A stretch of 63,669 nt of DNA, filler included, from Chiloscyllium plagiosum (taxonomy: Eukaryota): NCBI RefSeq assembly GCF_004010195.1. It is 4 parts of 2 records of this genome, joined end to end, with 100 filler letters (N's around TTAATTAATTAA, not from the genome) between each part and the next. Parts side by side here need not be neighbours in the genome. Positions count along the whole stretch, not along the records: positions 62,136 to 63,669 come from NC_057712.1; 3 more parts are not named here. The stretch is one strand, 5' to 3'. Under the pieces are notes generated by a model. It worked only from the letters and a program-made list of their open reading frames with translations, was not told where the DNA came from and ran no database searches. This document shows positions 62,136 to 63,669 of the stretch, piece after piece. Position numbers and translations under genes: made by a program. Numbering within the stretch: position 1 is the stretch's first letter; each line of letters opens with the position of its first letter.

Positions 62136-62649
62136 GTCGGGGTTGGGGTCGGGACAAGGTTTCAGAGGGTCGGGGTCAGGGTCGGGGGGCGGGGGGACAA
62201 TGTTTCAGAGGGTCGTGGGTGAAATGGGAAGGCACAGGTTAATGACCGCGCAGGAGGAAACATGTGGAGGAAAGGATGTCGGGGTAACGGAGGAGACAGG
62301 TGTAAAGGACAAAGAGGTTAGACCGCAGCTGGAGTTCTGGGTGTCATCCCGTAGGCTGTCAGCAAATGCACAAGAGGTTTGCGGGAATCCTTTAAGGAAT
62401 GAGCACCTTCACTGAGGTGGGGTGGGGAGGGGTTTGAAGGTTGGAAAGCTGAGCTTGTCTTTATTGGAGAGGTGAGGGCTGAGGTGTAGTTTGACAGAGG
62501 TCTTTAACATCCTGAGATGTTTGCCAGAGTTGTTTAGGAGAAACTGTTCCTGCTTGTAAAGAAGAACTGAATGTGAGATGAGAATCTTTTAGATGAAGTG
62601 AGTGGTTCTGGTTTGGAACCCACTGCAATGGAGACAGATTAAAGAGAAT

Positions 62650-62988
62650 CCCAGAATCCTTATTGTGCAGATAGAGGCCATTAGGCCCATTGAGTCTACA
62701 CTGATCCTCTGAAGAGCCAGATCCAGCACCTGCATCCTCTTGCCATAGTCCACATTTATTGGGACTAACCTACCGACCTTGCACATCCTTGGACATTATG
62801 GTGCAATTTAGCATGGCCAAACCACCTAACCTGCACATCATTGCACTGAGAGGAAACTGCAGGAAGCCCACGCAGATGCAGTGGGAATGTGTAAACTCCA
62901 CAGAGACAATCACCCAAGGTTAGATTTGTACCTGGGTGCCTGGCACTGAGAGCCAGCAGTACTAACCACGGAGCCTCTGTTCTGCCCT
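62650..62988 (-). mobile_element. Older HE1-like SINE
   Basis: TTTAGCATGGCCAA...CTAACCTGCACATC body and a decayed tRNA head. Confidence 0.78.
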
Positions 62989-63310
62989 ACTGAGAGCCTT
63001 AAGATAATTGTTGGGTTACTGGCCAAAGGTAGAAGTTTGACACTGAGTTAAATTGCTCAGACAGCTGGTGCAGACATGGTGGTCTGATTGAAATCCTGCA
63101 CTGTATCAATTCTGTGATTTGTTAGCATGTTGGTAACTACAGGTTATATAGCCGAGGCTGTGGGGAGTTAGCATTATTAAAGTTGTTCATACTGACCAAG
63201 CTGTTGTCTCCTAGCTACTAAATTCATTTCTCAATAGTTTCTGAATTCGGCTCAAATTTAGTAGAAACAAAACTTCTTCCAGACAATGTTTGTTTGAGTT
63301 CAATGTGGAA

Positions 63311-63423
63311 TTTCTCTCTCTCTCGTTTCTCTCTCTCTCTCTCGTTTCTCTCTCTCTCTCTCGTTTCTCTCTCTCTCTCTCTCCTTTCTCTCTCTCGTTT
63401 CTCTCTCTCTCTCTCGTTTCTCT
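63311..63423. repeat. Compound (CT)n-CGTTT microsatellite
   Basis: Repeating TTTC(TC)nG units. Confidence 0.95.
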
Positions 63424-63585
63424 TTTAATCATAATTAAAACTGTTTCGTTTCTGTTGCCCTTTCCTTGTCTTCTCCTTCTAACTCAAGTTGCTTCATTTT
63501 CAATTGAACTTTAGCCATCTCTAAAGATTCTTATGGTGTTTCCAGCAAATTTAAATGTTGAGCTATTGCTGTAATTATCTCTCCT

Positions 63586-63669
63586 TTCTTCAGGAATCAT
63601 TCCTGAAGAAGGGCTTATGCCCGAAACGTCGATTCTCCTGTTCCTTGGATGCTGCCTGACCTGCTGCGC
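63586..63669 (+). mobile_element. PLE pLTR with an intact hammerhead core (63603-63630) and a short 5' inversion; runs off the window
   Basis: TTCTTCAGGAAT-C-ATTCCTGAAGAA palindrome, then GGGCTTATGCCCGAAACGTC. Confidence 0.9.

Noticed and set aside
2225..62988. tRNA genes
   Set aside because: The A/B-box heads continue into a shared SINE body and a CR1-like tail, and no complete cloverleaf is seen.
63211..63514. RE-rich and LS-rich ORFs
   Set aside because: They are translations of a CT microsatellite.

Overview
Eukaryotic genomic DNA, most likely from a shark (inferred from HE1-type SINEs, HER1/CR1 LINEs and Penelope-like element content). The only host gene I can support is CAAP1 on the + strand: four internal coding exons at 870-1058, 1749-1833, 4440-4521 and 15090-15163, with phase-compatible GT-AG junctions. 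Exon 1 and the last exon were not found, so the rest of the window is probably intron. That intronic DNA is dense with decayed CR1-type LINEs, tRNA-derived SINEs, LTR remnants, a decayed PIF/Harbinger transposase and many Penelope-like elements (PLEs). The most notable structure is about 20 minimal hammerhead-ribozyme motifs from about six sequence families. Most have a loop-less palindromic helix III (GAA-ACGU-H or GAA-AGCU-H) that should fold only as a dimer. Many lie in 100-300 bp foldback insertions flanked by 11-17 bp target-site duplications (TSDs). One copy carries a U3-A8 core covariant. Three 100-nt gaps contain an artificial TTAATTAATTAA spacer. All family assignments are by eye, and repeat boundaries are approximate.
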